Of a DNA stretch of 35,098 nt, positions 18,379-27,663 are shown piece by piece. The translations under genes were made by a program, and so were the position numbers. The DNA comes from Bdellovibrionota bacterium. GTDB lineage: Bacteria > Bdellovibrionota > UBA1018 > UBA923. The stretch spans positions 1-35,098 of the forward strand of contig JBFMCE010000041.1 of the NCBI GenBank assembly GCA_040754655.1. Direction: 5' to 3'. The notes beneath the pieces were generated by a model, which had not been told where the DNA came from, searched no databases, and saw only the letters and a program-made list of their open reading frames with translations. Position 1 is the first letter of the stretch, and every line of letters starts with the position of its first letter.

Positions 18379-19602
18379 ATGGCGATTTTTGAATACAAAG
18401 CGCTCGATGCGGCTGGAAAAACGATTCGAGGCATCATAGAGGCCGACTCCGTCAAGACGGCCAGGGTCAAGCTCAAGAAAAACAGCCTGCTTCTCACCGA
18501 CATCAAAGAAAAATCAGCCGCAATGAAAGGCAACGCCAGCAAAAACGCGGCGTCTGGTTTTTTCGGGCGAGTGAAAATCACCGACGTCGCTCTGGCGACT
18601 CGCCAGCTCGCCTCATTGATCAAGGCGAGCATTCCTTTGGTGGATGCGCTTTCCGCGTTGATCGATCAAACCGAGAATGAACGCTTGAAGGTGGTTTTAA
18701 GTACAGTGAGGGCGGATGTGAATGAAGGTTCTTCCTTAGCTAAATCTCTCTCAAAGCACCCTAAAGTTTTCACCGGGCTTTATGTTAATATGATCGAGGC
18801 AGGCGAATCGTCAGGCACGCTTCCGCTTGTTCTCCTTAGGCTGGCTGACTTTCAGGAAAGCCAAGTGCGCTTGAAGAACAAGATCAGTTCGGCGCTCATG
18901 TATCCCGCATTGATGATGCTCACCGCCTTGGGATTATTGGTTGGGATATTCATCGGCGTCGTGCCAAAGATCGTAAAGATCTTCGAATCAATGAACAAAC
19001 CGATGCCGATTCAGACCCAAATCATGATTGCGATCAGCGATTTTCTCGTCAACTATTGGTGGTTCCTTTTGGCATGCGTCTTCGTCGCGTTTACTTTATT
19101 GAAACGCTACATTAATACTTCCAAAGGAAGAAGGCGTTGGGATGCGTTCTTACTGACCACGCCGATTCTTGGGCCGCTGATTCGAATGATCGCGGTCGCG
19201 CGATTTTCAAACACCATGGCCACTCTTCTCTCAGGGGGCGTTCCCATTTTAACGGCGATGAATATCGTCAAGAATATTGTCACCAACACTTTGATCGCAG
19301 AGGCTATTGTCCAGGCGCGTGAGAATGTTACCGAAGGACAAAGCATCGCGGAACCTTTAAAAAGAAGTCGGCAGTTTCCTCCATTGGTGATACACATGGT
19401 CGCCATTGGCGAAAAAACCGGTGAACTTCCGCAGATGTTGCAAAACGTAAGCGTGACTTACGAAGAGCAGGTCGCGGTAAAGATTGAGGGGTTAACTTCG
19501 TTGCTCGAACCCGCCATGATTATCTTCATGGGCCTAGTCGTAGGTGGTATCGTAGCCTCGATCTTTGTTCCACTGATCGAACTGAACAACATCGCCAGCT
19601 GA
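18379..19602 (+). CDS. gspF: Type II secretion inner-membrane platform protein GspF
   Basis: TRQLASL, AGESSGTL, ALMYP, GEKTGEL, LLEP motifs; three TM segments. Confidence 0.97.
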   Translation: MAIFEYKALDAAGKTIRGIIEADSVKTARVKLKKNSLLLTDIKEKSAAMKGNASKNAASGFFGRVKITDVALATRQLASLIKASIPLVDALSALIDQTENERLKVVLSTVRADVNEGSSLAKSLSKHPKVFTGLYVNMIEAGESSGTLPLVLLRLADFQESQVRLKNKISSALMYPALMMLTALGLLVGIFIGVVPKIVKIFESMNKPMPIQTQIMIAISDFLVNYWWFLLACVFVAFTLLKRYINTSKGRRRWDAFLLTTPILGPLIRMIAVARFSNTMATLLSGGVPILTAMNIVKNIVTNTLIAEAIVQARENVTEGQSIAEPLKRSRQFPPLVIHMVAIGEKTGELPQMLQNVSVTYEEQVAVKIEGLTSLLEPAMIIFMGLVVGGIVASIFVPLIELNNIAS

Positions 19603-19615
19603 GGAGAGAATTTCG

Positions 19616-20083
19616 ATGTCGAAACAACTTAGGAATTGGGCAAGATTTTCAGGCCGCAAAGCTGCGCGCCGCCAACTTGGCTTTAGCTTGATCGAAATCA
19701 TGATCGTGATCACCCTGATTGGGATGATCATGACCTTTGGCGTTCGCAAATACATGGCGAGCCTCGAGGAAGGCAACCGCCGAGGGGCAAAGATCATGTT
19801 GCGCAATATTCAAACGGCTCTCGATGACTACCTGAGAGTCTGCCACGCTTATCCCACGACGGCGCAAGGAGGGCTTGAAGCCTTGGTACGCGGCGCAGGG
19901 GATGGATCATGCAAAGAATACAGTCCAAACATGAAGAATGTTCCAAAGGATCCTTGGAGCACAGACTATTTTTACTTGAGCGACGATGGAAGAAAGTATG
20001 TGCTCAAGTCGTACGGCCCTGACAAGAAGGAGGGCGGCGAAGGCAATGATAAGGATATCAGCGTCGACGATCCTGACTTCTAG
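19616..20083 (+). CDS. gspG: Major pseudopilin GspG
   Basis: Prepilin motif G|FSLIEIMIV, YPTTAQGGLEAL, VPKDPW, SYGPD...DI; RBS GAGGAG. Confidence 0.95.
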   Translation: MSKQLRNWARFSGRKAARRQLGFSLIEIMIVITLIGMIMTFGVRKYMASLEEGNRRGAKIMLRNIQTALDDYLRVCHAYPTTAQGGLEALVRGAGDGSCKEYSPNMKNVPKDPWSTDYFYLSDDGRKYVLKSYGPDKKEGGEGNDKDISVDDPDF

Positions 20084-20171
20084 ATTACAGGCGTGCACGG
20101 AAGCACTCGCACTTCGGTTGCGTTTTCGAGACCGTAGAGGCATAGGCCTTTCAACGTGGCGGCGGAAGCCT

Positions 20172-20771
20172 TTGCAAAACCAACCCAATGAGGGCTTCAC
20201 CTTGGTTGAAGTCCTCATCGTCATCGGTTTGATCGCCCTGATCATGTCGTTTGTCGTGCCCAATCTCGGCATGGCGCTCAAGGTCAACTTGGGCAATTCG
20301 TCAAGAGAACTCGCCACACTCATCCGTTCAACGCACGATGAAGCCGTCTTAAAGGGCACTGTCCATCGCGTGGTTTTTGACCTGGATCGAAGCCAATACT
20401 GGGTAGAAATTGGCGATCGCAATTTCTTGATGCGTTCATCAGAACAAGAAGAAGATGAACGGCGAAGAAAAGAACGCCTCACCGAAGAGGAACGCGAGAA
20501 GCTTAAAGACCCCTTCTCTCTTGCGCAAAGCCTCACGAAGAAAAAGATCGCTCTTCCGAAGGGTGTGAAGTTCAATGACGTCATCACTTCGCGCTCAAGA
20601 GAACCCGTCAAGGGGGGGCTGGCTTACGCGCATGTCTTCCCGCATGGTTTCGTTGAAAAGCTCATCATCCACCTCAAAGACGATTTTGAACGCGACGCGA
20701 CGTTGATAGTGAACTCAGTCACCGGCAAATCCCGGGTCTTTGAGAGCTACGTGAAGGAGGATGAGAAATGA
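20172..20771 (+). CDS. gspH: Minor pseudopilin GspH
   Basis: G|FTLVEVLIVIGLI; position after gspG. Start uncertain (TTG 20172 or 20118); the ORF-track start 19986 overlaps gspG. Confidence 0.85.
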   Translation: MQNQPNEGFTLVEVLIVIGLIALIMSFVVPNLGMALKVNLGNSSRELATLIRSTHDEAVLKGTVHRVVFDLDRSQYWVEIGDRNFLMRSSEQEEDERRRKERLTEEEREKLKDPFSLAQSLTKKKIALPKGVKFNDVITSRSREPVKGGLAYAHVFPHGFVEKLIIHLKDDFERDATLIVNSVTGKSRVFESYVKEDEK

Positions 20772-21265
20772 AAAGACGTTTGGCCAAAAACGGCTTCACT
20801 CTTCTCGAGGTCATGATCGCAGTGGCCATCATGACCGTGGCATTCACGGCGATACTGACTTCGCAAAGTGGAAGCATTTTTTTGAGCATCAAAACCAAAG
20901 ACCTCAATACTGCCGGCTGGCTTGCCCATAACATCATGGTCGATTCAGAGCACTTTCTTGAAGGAAAGCCGTTTGCAGAAGTGGAAAAGATCCAAAGCGA
21001 GCGTTTTAAAGCGCCTTTTGAGCGCTTCGCATGGAAACGGGAAGTTCGGGAATTGAAGTTCCCGGATCTCGTGCAAGCTGCCAAGGAAGGCGAAGGGATT
21101 CCCGAGCCTGTGCGAATTCTGGCGAAAACGATCACGAAATATCTTTCAACCTCGATGCGCGAACTGGTGATCACAGTGACCTGGATGCAAGGCAACTCTG
21201 AACAGCGACTGGTTCTGACGACCTATTTGGTGGACCTCAACGCGGAGTTTAATTTTGCGATATAA
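20768..21265 (+). CDS. gspI: Minor pseudopilin GspI
   Basis: G|FTLLEVMIAVAI, ELVITVTW; ATGA overlap with gspH stop; AAGGAGG RBS. Confidence 0.88.
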   Translation: MKRRLAKNGFTLLEVMIAVAIMTVAFTAILTSQSGSIFLSIKTKDLNTAGWLAHNIMVDSEHFLEGKPFAEVEKIQSERFKAPFERFAWKREVRELKFPDLVQAAKEGEGIPEPVRILAKTITKYLSTSMRELVITVTWMQGNSEQRLVLTTYLVDLNAEFNFAI

Positions 21266-22100
21266 ACCAAACGCCTTGATCGCGAAGTCGCCTCAAGTCT
21301 CAAGCCCCGCAAGGCAGCCGACTTCGCTTCAATCGGCGTTCACGCTGATAGAACTCTTGATCGCAATGACGATCTTGTCTTTCATCGCGCTCTCGGTCTA
21401 TCAAAATACTTCGCAGAGTTTCGTCTTGCGTGAAAACATCGAGCAAGAAGGAGACTTCTACAACGCGATTCGAGTCACGCTTGACGTATTGGGGAGAGAC
21501 ATCAGCCACATTTATTCGCCGAAATCCGAGGCCCTGCCCGGGAATCTCGGCAGATCGACCCAACCTCAGAATGCGAACCCAGTGATACAAGCCATCAATA
21601 ACAATCTTGAGCCGCTTGCGCCAGCCACGCCGTACTGGGGAGATGCCTTGAACCAAGACGGGTTCAGGCCCTCTCGATTCCAGGGCGAAGCCGCGAAAAT
21701 GAGTTTCGTCATCAATTCCCATATGCGGCTCTTCAAGGATTCTCCCGAGAGCGACTTCGCAAAGATCGCCTACGCTCTTGAAGACGACCCATTGGCGCCG
21801 AGGAACAGCCCGGGCAAGGCGCTTGTCAAACGGGTAGACACAACAGTTTTCATTGAAGAAAACTCAGTGAACTCGGAAACAGAGATCAAATACACCCTTC
21901 TTACGAACATCAAGAGCATCGAGTTCAAGTACCTGGATGGCGAGAAAGATACTTGGTTCGCGCGATGGGACACCACGGGCATCGACCACAAGAACATCTT
22001 TCCATCGGTGATCGAGGTAAACCTAGAGGTTTTCTTGCCGAACTCAACGGAGCATACCTTCAAGGTGTCGCAACACTATCGGCCGGAGCTCGTCTTATGA
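21255..22100 (+). CDS. gspJ: Minor pseudopilin GspJ
   Basis: A|FTLIELLIAMTI, LGRDI, FKYLDG..W...W, PSVIEVNL; TTG start after GGAG. Confidence 0.88.
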   Translation: MRYKPNALIAKSPQVSSPARQPTSLQSAFTLIELLIAMTILSFIALSVYQNTSQSFVLRENIEQEGDFYNAIRVTLDVLGRDISHIYSPKSEALPGNLGRSTQPQNANPVIQAINNNLEPLAPATPYWGDALNQDGFRPSRFQGEAAKMSFVINSHMRLFKDSPESDFAKIAYALEDDPLAPRNSPGKALVKRVDTTVFIEENSVNSETEIKYTLLTNIKSIEFKYLDGEKDTWFARWDTTGIDHKNIFPSVIEVNLEVFLPNSTEHTFKVSQHYRPELVL

Positions 22101-23443
22101 GAAACCCGCTGAGAAAACGCTCTCAAGGGAAGACCGAACGCGGCATCGCTCTTTTCATGGTCATGTCGGCAGTAGCGCTCTTGTCGGTGCTGGTCGCGGA
22201 GCTGACGTACTCTAGCCAGATGAATTCGCGCCTTGCCTACAACTACGCCGACGGCTTGAAAGCTTATTACTTGGCGAAAGCGGGCTACAAACTCTCGCTC
22301 CTGCGGCTGAAGGCTTATTTGCAGGTGAAAGACTTCCTGAATAATCCAAGCAACAAGATGATCAAAGACACTTTGGACAAGAGCGTCGTTGAAAAAATAT
22401 GGAGCATGCCTTTCATTTTCCCGCTCCCGATCCCGAAAGAAGCTTCAATGGGCGAAACCGACGCGATCAAAGAATTTTTGAAGGAAAGCAAACTGGGAGG
22501 CAGTTTCACCGCTTCGATCACGGGCGAAAGCTCGAAGCTCAACCTCAACAATCTGCTCGTGAAAGAGGCGGCTCCTTTGCCATCAGCGAGCCCTGGCGCA
22601 TCTCCGACCCCGCGCCCGGCAACCACTGCCACGACCGCCCAACCAACCCCTAGCGGTTCGCCATCGCCGGTTGAGTTCATCAAAGTGCTCGAACCCGCGA
22701 TCACTACGTTGATCGAAACCAAGAAAGATCAAGACCGCGATTTCGCTGATACTTACAGGAATGTAACGGGACAAGACGTGATCGATGCCATTCGCGCGTA
22801 TATTTTTCCTGACACTCCTGGGTCGAATTTGCCGGGTTTCAAGCCCATCAAACCCAAGCAGGCCCCCTTTTACAGTTTGACCGAGTTGCATTTCATCCCG
22901 GGAATCGACGACCAGCTCTACAACCTTCTTGAATCGGCTCTCACTGTTTATTCGACTCCGGGAATCAACGTAAATACCTTCACCAAACAGATGCTCATCA
23001 GCCTGATCCCAGAGCTGCAGACCATGGAAGAAGCCGAGGAAGTCTTGAGAAAACGCGACGACCCTGACGTAGGGCAGCCTTGGGCCAGCGAAGAAGACTT
23101 TTGGAAAGCCATCGAACAATCTGCCGCCGGACGCAACCTCAACGAGGTCAAAGACCGCTTCCAGAAGGCGAATCTCAGGGTTATCACCGAAGAACAAAGC
23201 TTCAAGATCAGTATTCTCGCCAACGTGGGCCAAGCCACCCGGCGGCTCGAAGCCTTCGTAACCATTGATCCCAATGCGGGCAACCAGGCCAAAAACGCCA
23301 GCTCGAACCCCAATAACGTCATCAACCCGTTGCCAGGGGTAAATGTTGCAGGACAACCCCCGAATACCGACCCAAACCAGAAAGTTGGCGCTTCTGCAAA
23401 GAAGCCAACGGGAGTAAACTTAATTTATTGGCGAATGATGTGA
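22097..23443 (+). CDS. gspK: Minor pseudopilin GspK
   Basis: RG|IALFMVM (no Glu5, typical of GspK), ESSKLNLN, PFYSLTELHFIPGI, INVNT; ATG 22097 overlaps gspJ stop (ATGA). Confidence 0.92.
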   Translation: MRNPLRKRSQGKTERGIALFMVMSAVALLSVLVAELTYSSQMNSRLAYNYADGLKAYYLAKAGYKLSLLRLKAYLQVKDFLNNPSNKMIKDTLDKSVVEKIWSMPFIFPLPIPKEASMGETDAIKEFLKESKLGGSFTASITGESSKLNLNNLLVKEAAPLPSASPGASPTPRPATTATTAQPTPSGSPSPVEFIKVLEPAITTLIETKKDQDRDFADTYRNVTGQDVIDAIRAYIFPDTPGSNLPGFKPIKPKQAPFYSLTELHFIPGIDDQLYNLLESALTVYSTPGINVNTFTKQMLISLIPELQTMEEAEEVLRKRDDPDVGQPWASEEDFWKAIEQSAAGRNLNEVKDRFQKANLRVITEEQSFKISILANVGQATRRLEAFVTIDPNAGNQAKNASSNPNNVINPLPGVNVAGQPPNTDPNQKVGASAKKPTGVNLIYWRMM

Positions 23444-23451
23444 GGACCTGA

Positions 23452-25221
23452 ATGCGCATACTTAGCTTTGATATTGGCTCGTATGCAGTAAAAGCGGTAG
23501 AACTCGAGTCAACCTTTGGACGAATTGAACTGGCTGATTATTTGATCGAGAAGGTCGTTGAGACCGAACTCGAAGACGTGCAAGTTCAAACTAAGGCCCA
23601 AGAACCTCAAACCACCCAAAATGACGCTCATCAAGCGCAGCCGCAAAAAGTTGAGCCCAAACCTTCTCGCCAGGTCCTTCAAAACGCCCAGCTCGCAGCA
23701 ATCAGGCGTATCCTGACCGACCGGCAATTTCGCTACGATCGCCTGGTCGTCAACATGCCACGCGCTTGGATCACGACCCGCGTCTTTAATTTTCCGACGA
23801 AAGACAAGAAGACGCTTCAGAACTCGCTGAACTTTGAGCTCGACGATGAGGTGCCTTTTGCGATGGGCGACATCGTCCACGACTTTGCGATCTTGAACAA
23901 GGAAGGGCCTCATTCAACTTTATATACCGCTGTCGCCTTGCGCAGCGACATCCTGGCGTTGATTTCAGAGCTTCAGACCCTTGGGCTCGATCCTGACATC
24001 ATCACGATAGAGAGCTGGAGCTTGAGTCAGATCCTTAGGCGCACGATCCAGAAAGACCACGAAGGCCAACCTCTATGCGTCGTGAATATCGGTCACAGGC
24101 AAAGTTCGATTCACGTTTGCAACGGCGCGGATCCTCTCCTTACCCACGTGAGCTCTTGCGCCGGAGCAGACGTCACGCGAGCAATCGCCCAGACCTATAA
24201 CCTTACTTTTGATCAGGCTGAAAAGGCGAAAGTCGAGGGCGCGTTCCTGCTCACTCAGACCCACCTTGCGGGTTATGTGGGAGACGAGCCTTTGACCCCT
24301 GAGCAAAAGCAATTTTCTACTGTGATTGGAAGCGCTTTGGTGCCGCTGGTGCGCGAGATCAAGCAGACTTTGATGTCATACAAGAGTCAGTACAAGGTCT
24401 CGCCAAGAGCCATCTACATCACCGGCGGAGGAAGCCTCATCCCCAACCTCCAACTTTATCTCGAAGAGCAACTCAAGATCCCGGTATTTCCGTTCACTTA
24501 CATGTCGCGCATCGTAGGCCCCACGTTAAGGCTGTCGGAAGCAAGCGAGGCCCAGATCTCGGTGGCTTCCGGCGGAGCCACGGCTGTAGCCAAGTTAGAA
24601 CGTTTTCATTTGATCAACTTTCGGAAGGAAGGCTTCTCGAAGCGCAGCGGTTTGGGTTCTTTCGACCTGAAAACCTTCAAGAGGCCCTTGAAGTACGTCG
24701 CGGCCACCCTTGCCTTCATCTACCTCAACTTGATCGCTCAGGCCCTCATACTGGGGGCAAGATCAGGCAAACAAGACGCTCAACTTGAACGGGCAATCAA
24801 ATCAGTCGTAGGCGCGGTCAGCCCCTCGGTTCTCAACACTTATAAGTCGAGCCCATCAACTTTGAAATCGGCGGTCACCAAAGAGCTCGCAAAATACAAG
24901 GATGTCGCGATCACACCGGCTCAGCCGCAGATCTCGGCATTTGATGTGTTGAATAAAGTCAGTGCCGCCATCCCAAAAGACATGACGCTAGATGTCACCA
25001 ATTTCGAGGTCAAAGAAGGCCGCCTTAAGCTCGTAGGCGTGGTCGATCAGATCATGAACTCAAATCGCATCGTCAAAGCGTTGGAAGAGACCAAGATCGT
25101 GACTGAAGTCAAAAAAGACAAGGTCGAAGAAGATCCCAAGACCAAGCGCACCACCTTTGAGTTCAGCGCGAAAGTCGCCGAAGCAAAACCCGCGGAGGTG
25201 AAAGATGTCAAGACTCGATAA
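23452..25221 (+). CDS. gspL: GspL (PilM-like actin-fold cytoplasmic domain, TM, PilN-like periplasmic domain)
   Basis: FDIGSYAVKAV, VNIGH, YITGGGSLIPNL (PilM/FtsA-type motifs), INFRK, TM, C-terminal periplasmic domain; operon position. Confidence 0.85.
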   Translation: MRILSFDIGSYAVKAVELESTFGRIELADYLIEKVVETELEDVQVQTKAQEPQTTQNDAHQAQPQKVEPKPSRQVLQNAQLAAIRRILTDRQFRYDRLVVNMPRAWITTRVFNFPTKDKKTLQNSLNFELDDEVPFAMGDIVHDFAILNKEGPHSTLYTAVALRSDILALISELQTLGLDPDIITIESWSLSQILRRTIQKDHEGQPLCVVNIGHRQSSIHVCNGADPLLTHVSSCAGADVTRAIAQTYNLTFDQAEKAKVEGAFLLTQTHLAGYVGDEPLTPEQKQFSTVIGSALVPLVREIKQTLMSYKSQYKVSPRAIYITGGGSLIPNLQLYLEEQLKIPVFPFTYMSRIVGPTLRLSEASEAQISVASGGATAVAKLERFHLINFRKEGFSKRSGLGSFDLKTFKRPLKYVAATLAFIYLNLIAQALILGARSGKQDAQLERAIKSVVGAVSPSVLNTYKSSPSTLKSAVTKELAKYKDVAITPAQPQISAFDVLNKVSAAIPKDMTLDVTNFEVKEGRLKLVGVVDQIMNSNRIVKALEETKIVTEVKKDKVEEDPKTKRTTFEFSAKVAEAKPAEVKDVKTR

Positions 25222-25792
25222 AGCTCTAGACGCCATTCGCGAGTCCGAAGCCTACCAACAACTCAAACAGAAATACGACGAGCTCGACAGCCAGACGAAA
25301 CTCTACGTCAATCTGGGCGTATTAGGCGGTGGATTGTTTTTGGTTCTATTCACCGTATTCTTCGGCATCGCCAAAGTGAATTCGATCAAATCAGAGATCA
25401 ACGAACGAGAAGAACTCATCGGTTACTTGAATTCAGCGTCTGACAACATCAAACAACTGCGGGCCCAACAAGCAGCCAAGGGCGCCGAGAATGCTTCGAA
25501 CCTTCCGGCCTTCGCCGAAATGCTGCTCGGAGCCAGCGCCATTGCCCCTGCGAAAGCGGAAGTGGGATCAGAGCGTCCGGGCCAAGAGACCAAGGAAGCC
25601 TCGGAGGCGTTGCTTGACGTTAAATTGAATCAAATCAATTTAAGACAGCTCACTCAATTCTTGTTTAACGCCACTGTTCGGGGCACGGGCAAAGGCTTGA
25701 ATATCAAAGACCTCGCTGTCGACACCAAGGGCGATCCGACGGGATACATCGACGCGACCGTCACTTTCTCCATCTTCAGGGCTAAACAATGA
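25205..25792 (+). CDS. gspM: Type II secretion protein GspM
   Basis: Single TM, coiled coil, VKLNQINLRQLTQFL ferredoxin-like segment; position between gspL and gspN; GGAGG RBS. Confidence 0.78.
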   Translation: MSRLDKALDAIRESEAYQQLKQKYDELDSQTKLYVNLGVLGGGLFLVLFTVFFGIAKVNSIKSEINEREELIGYLNSASDNIKQLRAQQAAKGAENASNLPAFAEMLLGASAIAPAKAEVGSERPGQETKEASEALLDVKLNQINLRQLTQFLFNATVRGTGKGLNIKDLAVDTKGDPTGYIDATVTFSIFRAKQ

Positions 25793-26769
25793 ACCGTCTA
25801 GAACCCATTGATTTTGAACCCACGCGAACCGCGATGTTGCCTGAGGGACCTGAGAAACGCTCGAGGCTCTTCCAGCGCGTAGGTGTCGCCATTTTCGGGG
25901 TGGTTTTGTTTTTCGCCTTCCTGCTTTTAAAACTTCCCGAGGCCCGTATCCAAAACCTGATCGTAGCCCACATCCGCATCCTAGCCCAGCAACAAGGCTT
26001 TCTTTTCTCGGCCGAGAAAGTGAAGATTGGGATGCTCCTGGGTCCTTCCCTGAAATTTGAAAACATCGAGCTCAAATCGCTCGCAGACGAAAGGCAATCG
26101 TTCAAGATCCCTTACCTCAAAATCAGGCCGCAATTGCTCTCTTTGATCTCGAAAGTGAGAAAAGCTTCGATTACGGCGGAATTGCAGGAAGGAGAAGTCT
26201 CGGGCGCAGTGGGAGCCTCGGCTGCTGCGGCGGTGGTTGATCTCGATCTCGACACCGTGCGCGTTGATTCAGCTCGCGGAGGAAACATCGCAAACCTCTT
26301 GAAAGACTTCGCTCCGGTTGATGTTTCGGGATTGATCGACGGTCAAATTGATGTCGCCCTTGATTTTGAGAATGCTCAAAAAAGCACGGGCAAAATTCAG
26401 CTTGAGCTGAATCAAATCACTCTCCCCGCTCAGAGCGTTTATGGCTTCAACCTCCCAAAGGTGGGTATTGGCAAATCAAAGATCGATCTTGCGATCAATC
26501 AGGGGCAGCTGCAGATTCGCGCCTTTGAAGTGGGCAAGGATATCAAAACAGACGATATCGTGGCGCGAGTAACAGGCGATGGAACGCTTGACCGTCGAAT
26601 CGAACGCTCCCGCATCAATGCGAAAGCGAATTTTGAGCTTTCAAAAAACCTGATTCAGAGCCTTCCCCTTCTTGACGCGCTGCTCGGCACCGGCAAGACG
26701 CCTGATGGGAAATACGCTTATCGCCTAAGCGGTACACTCTCAGCCCTTGAGGCCCAACCCGGCCGGTGA
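25789..26769 (+). CDS. gspN: Type II secretion protein GspN
   Basis: N-terminal TM then LP, beta-rich body, C-terminal YRLSGTL; last gsp position; ATGA overlap with gspM. Confidence 0.8.
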   Translation: MNRLEPIDFEPTRTAMLPEGPEKRSRLFQRVGVAIFGVVLFFAFLLLKLPEARIQNLIVAHIRILAQQQGFLFSAEKVKIGMLLGPSLKFENIELKSLADERQSFKIPYLKIRPQLLSLISKVRKASITAELQEGEVSGAVGASAAAAVVDLDLDTVRVDSARGGNIANLLKDFAPVDVSGLIDGQIDVALDFENAQKSTGKIQLELNQITLPAQSVYGFNLPKVGIGKSKIDLAINQGQLQIRAFEVGKDIKTDDIVARVTGDGTLDRRIERSRINAKANFELSKNLIQSLPLLDALLGTGKTPDGKYAYRLSGTLSALEAQPGR

Positions 26770-26795
26770 TAAAAAGAAGTCGCTAGGAGTCGCTT

Positions 26796-27650
26796 ATGAC
26801 AAACCTGCCTTCTTCACCGAGCAGAGATCAAGCAGCCATTGAGTTCGAACCTGTCTTGCACCAACTTTTTGAGGCGCTCACGCGGAAAGTAAATTCCGAA
26901 GCTAGGGACGCCATGCACTACGTCTTATTCAGCACAAGAGACAGGTTTTGCATCAGCGCTCTGTGGCTTGTAGCGCCCAGGCTGGGCATTTCGGTTCAGC
27001 GAATCTCGCGAGTCGCTTGCGCCATTGAAGCGATTGGTTGCTCGCTGGCGATCAAAACGAGGAACCACCAAAACCACACGCGCCGTCACGAAAGGTTCAT
27101 TGAGCCTGCGCTTCTAGAGGCAGCTACCTATGGCTTGGTTCCCCTGGCATTCGAAATGGTTCTCAATTCGAATGAGGCCCTGACCCTTGAAGAACGCCAT
27201 TCGATCGCAGAGATTCTTTCTCGCGCGGCGTCTCCGATACACGTCCTTTCAGCGCTTCACCGAGAAAGCCAAGTCTTACGCGAGGGAAATCGGCTAGCGC
27301 TTACGCGGCCAGAGTTGCTCGAACTTCAACAAGAAAAGGTAACGCCCGTCTATCAGGCCTCAGGTGAAATACTGGGTCTGCTAGCGAAAGACCCTATAGA
27401 CCGATCTGGGCTTGCGGATTGGTTCAAGAAGCTTGGATTATTCTCGCACTGGGTAGATGAGCTCATCTCGCTTCCTTCCTCGAGCCAGTCGCTCTCGGTG
27501 ATCTATTCAGTGGCGCCTTCGGAAGCAGTCGACTTGATAAAAAGCCTGGAAGCCGAATTGCTTGAAAAAGCAAAAGCCCTTGGACTTGTGGGCGCAGCTC
27601 ATGAAATCATTGAGCCGCTTGCTGACGCGCTAAAGAACCGCCTGCAATAA
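26796..27650 (+). CDS. Degenerate polyprenyl-diphosphate-synthase (IspA-like) fold protein lacking both DDxxD motifs
   Basis: Landmarks in IspA order: AMHYVL, ACAIEAI..SL, GLVPLAFE, EK, KLGLF...DEL; aspartate-rich motifs replaced; AGGAG RBS, intact frame. Confidence 0.65.
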   Translation: MTNLPSSPSRDQAAIEFEPVLHQLFEALTRKVNSEARDAMHYVLFSTRDRFCISALWLVAPRLGISVQRISRVACAIEAIGCSLAIKTRNHQNHTRRHERFIEPALLEAATYGLVPLAFEMVLNSNEALTLEERHSIAEILSRAASPIHVLSALHRESQVLREGNRLALTRPELLELQQEKVTPVYQASGEILGLLAKDPIDRSGLADWFKKLGLFSHWVDELISLPSSSQSLSVIYSVAPSEAVDLIKSLEAELLEKAKALGLVGAAHEIIEPLADALKNRLQ

Positions 27651-27663
27651 GATAGGAAAAATC

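Noticed and set aside
19986..20171. Long N-terminal extension of GspH
   Set aside because: Overlaps gspG in another frame; a later TTG start is more plausible.
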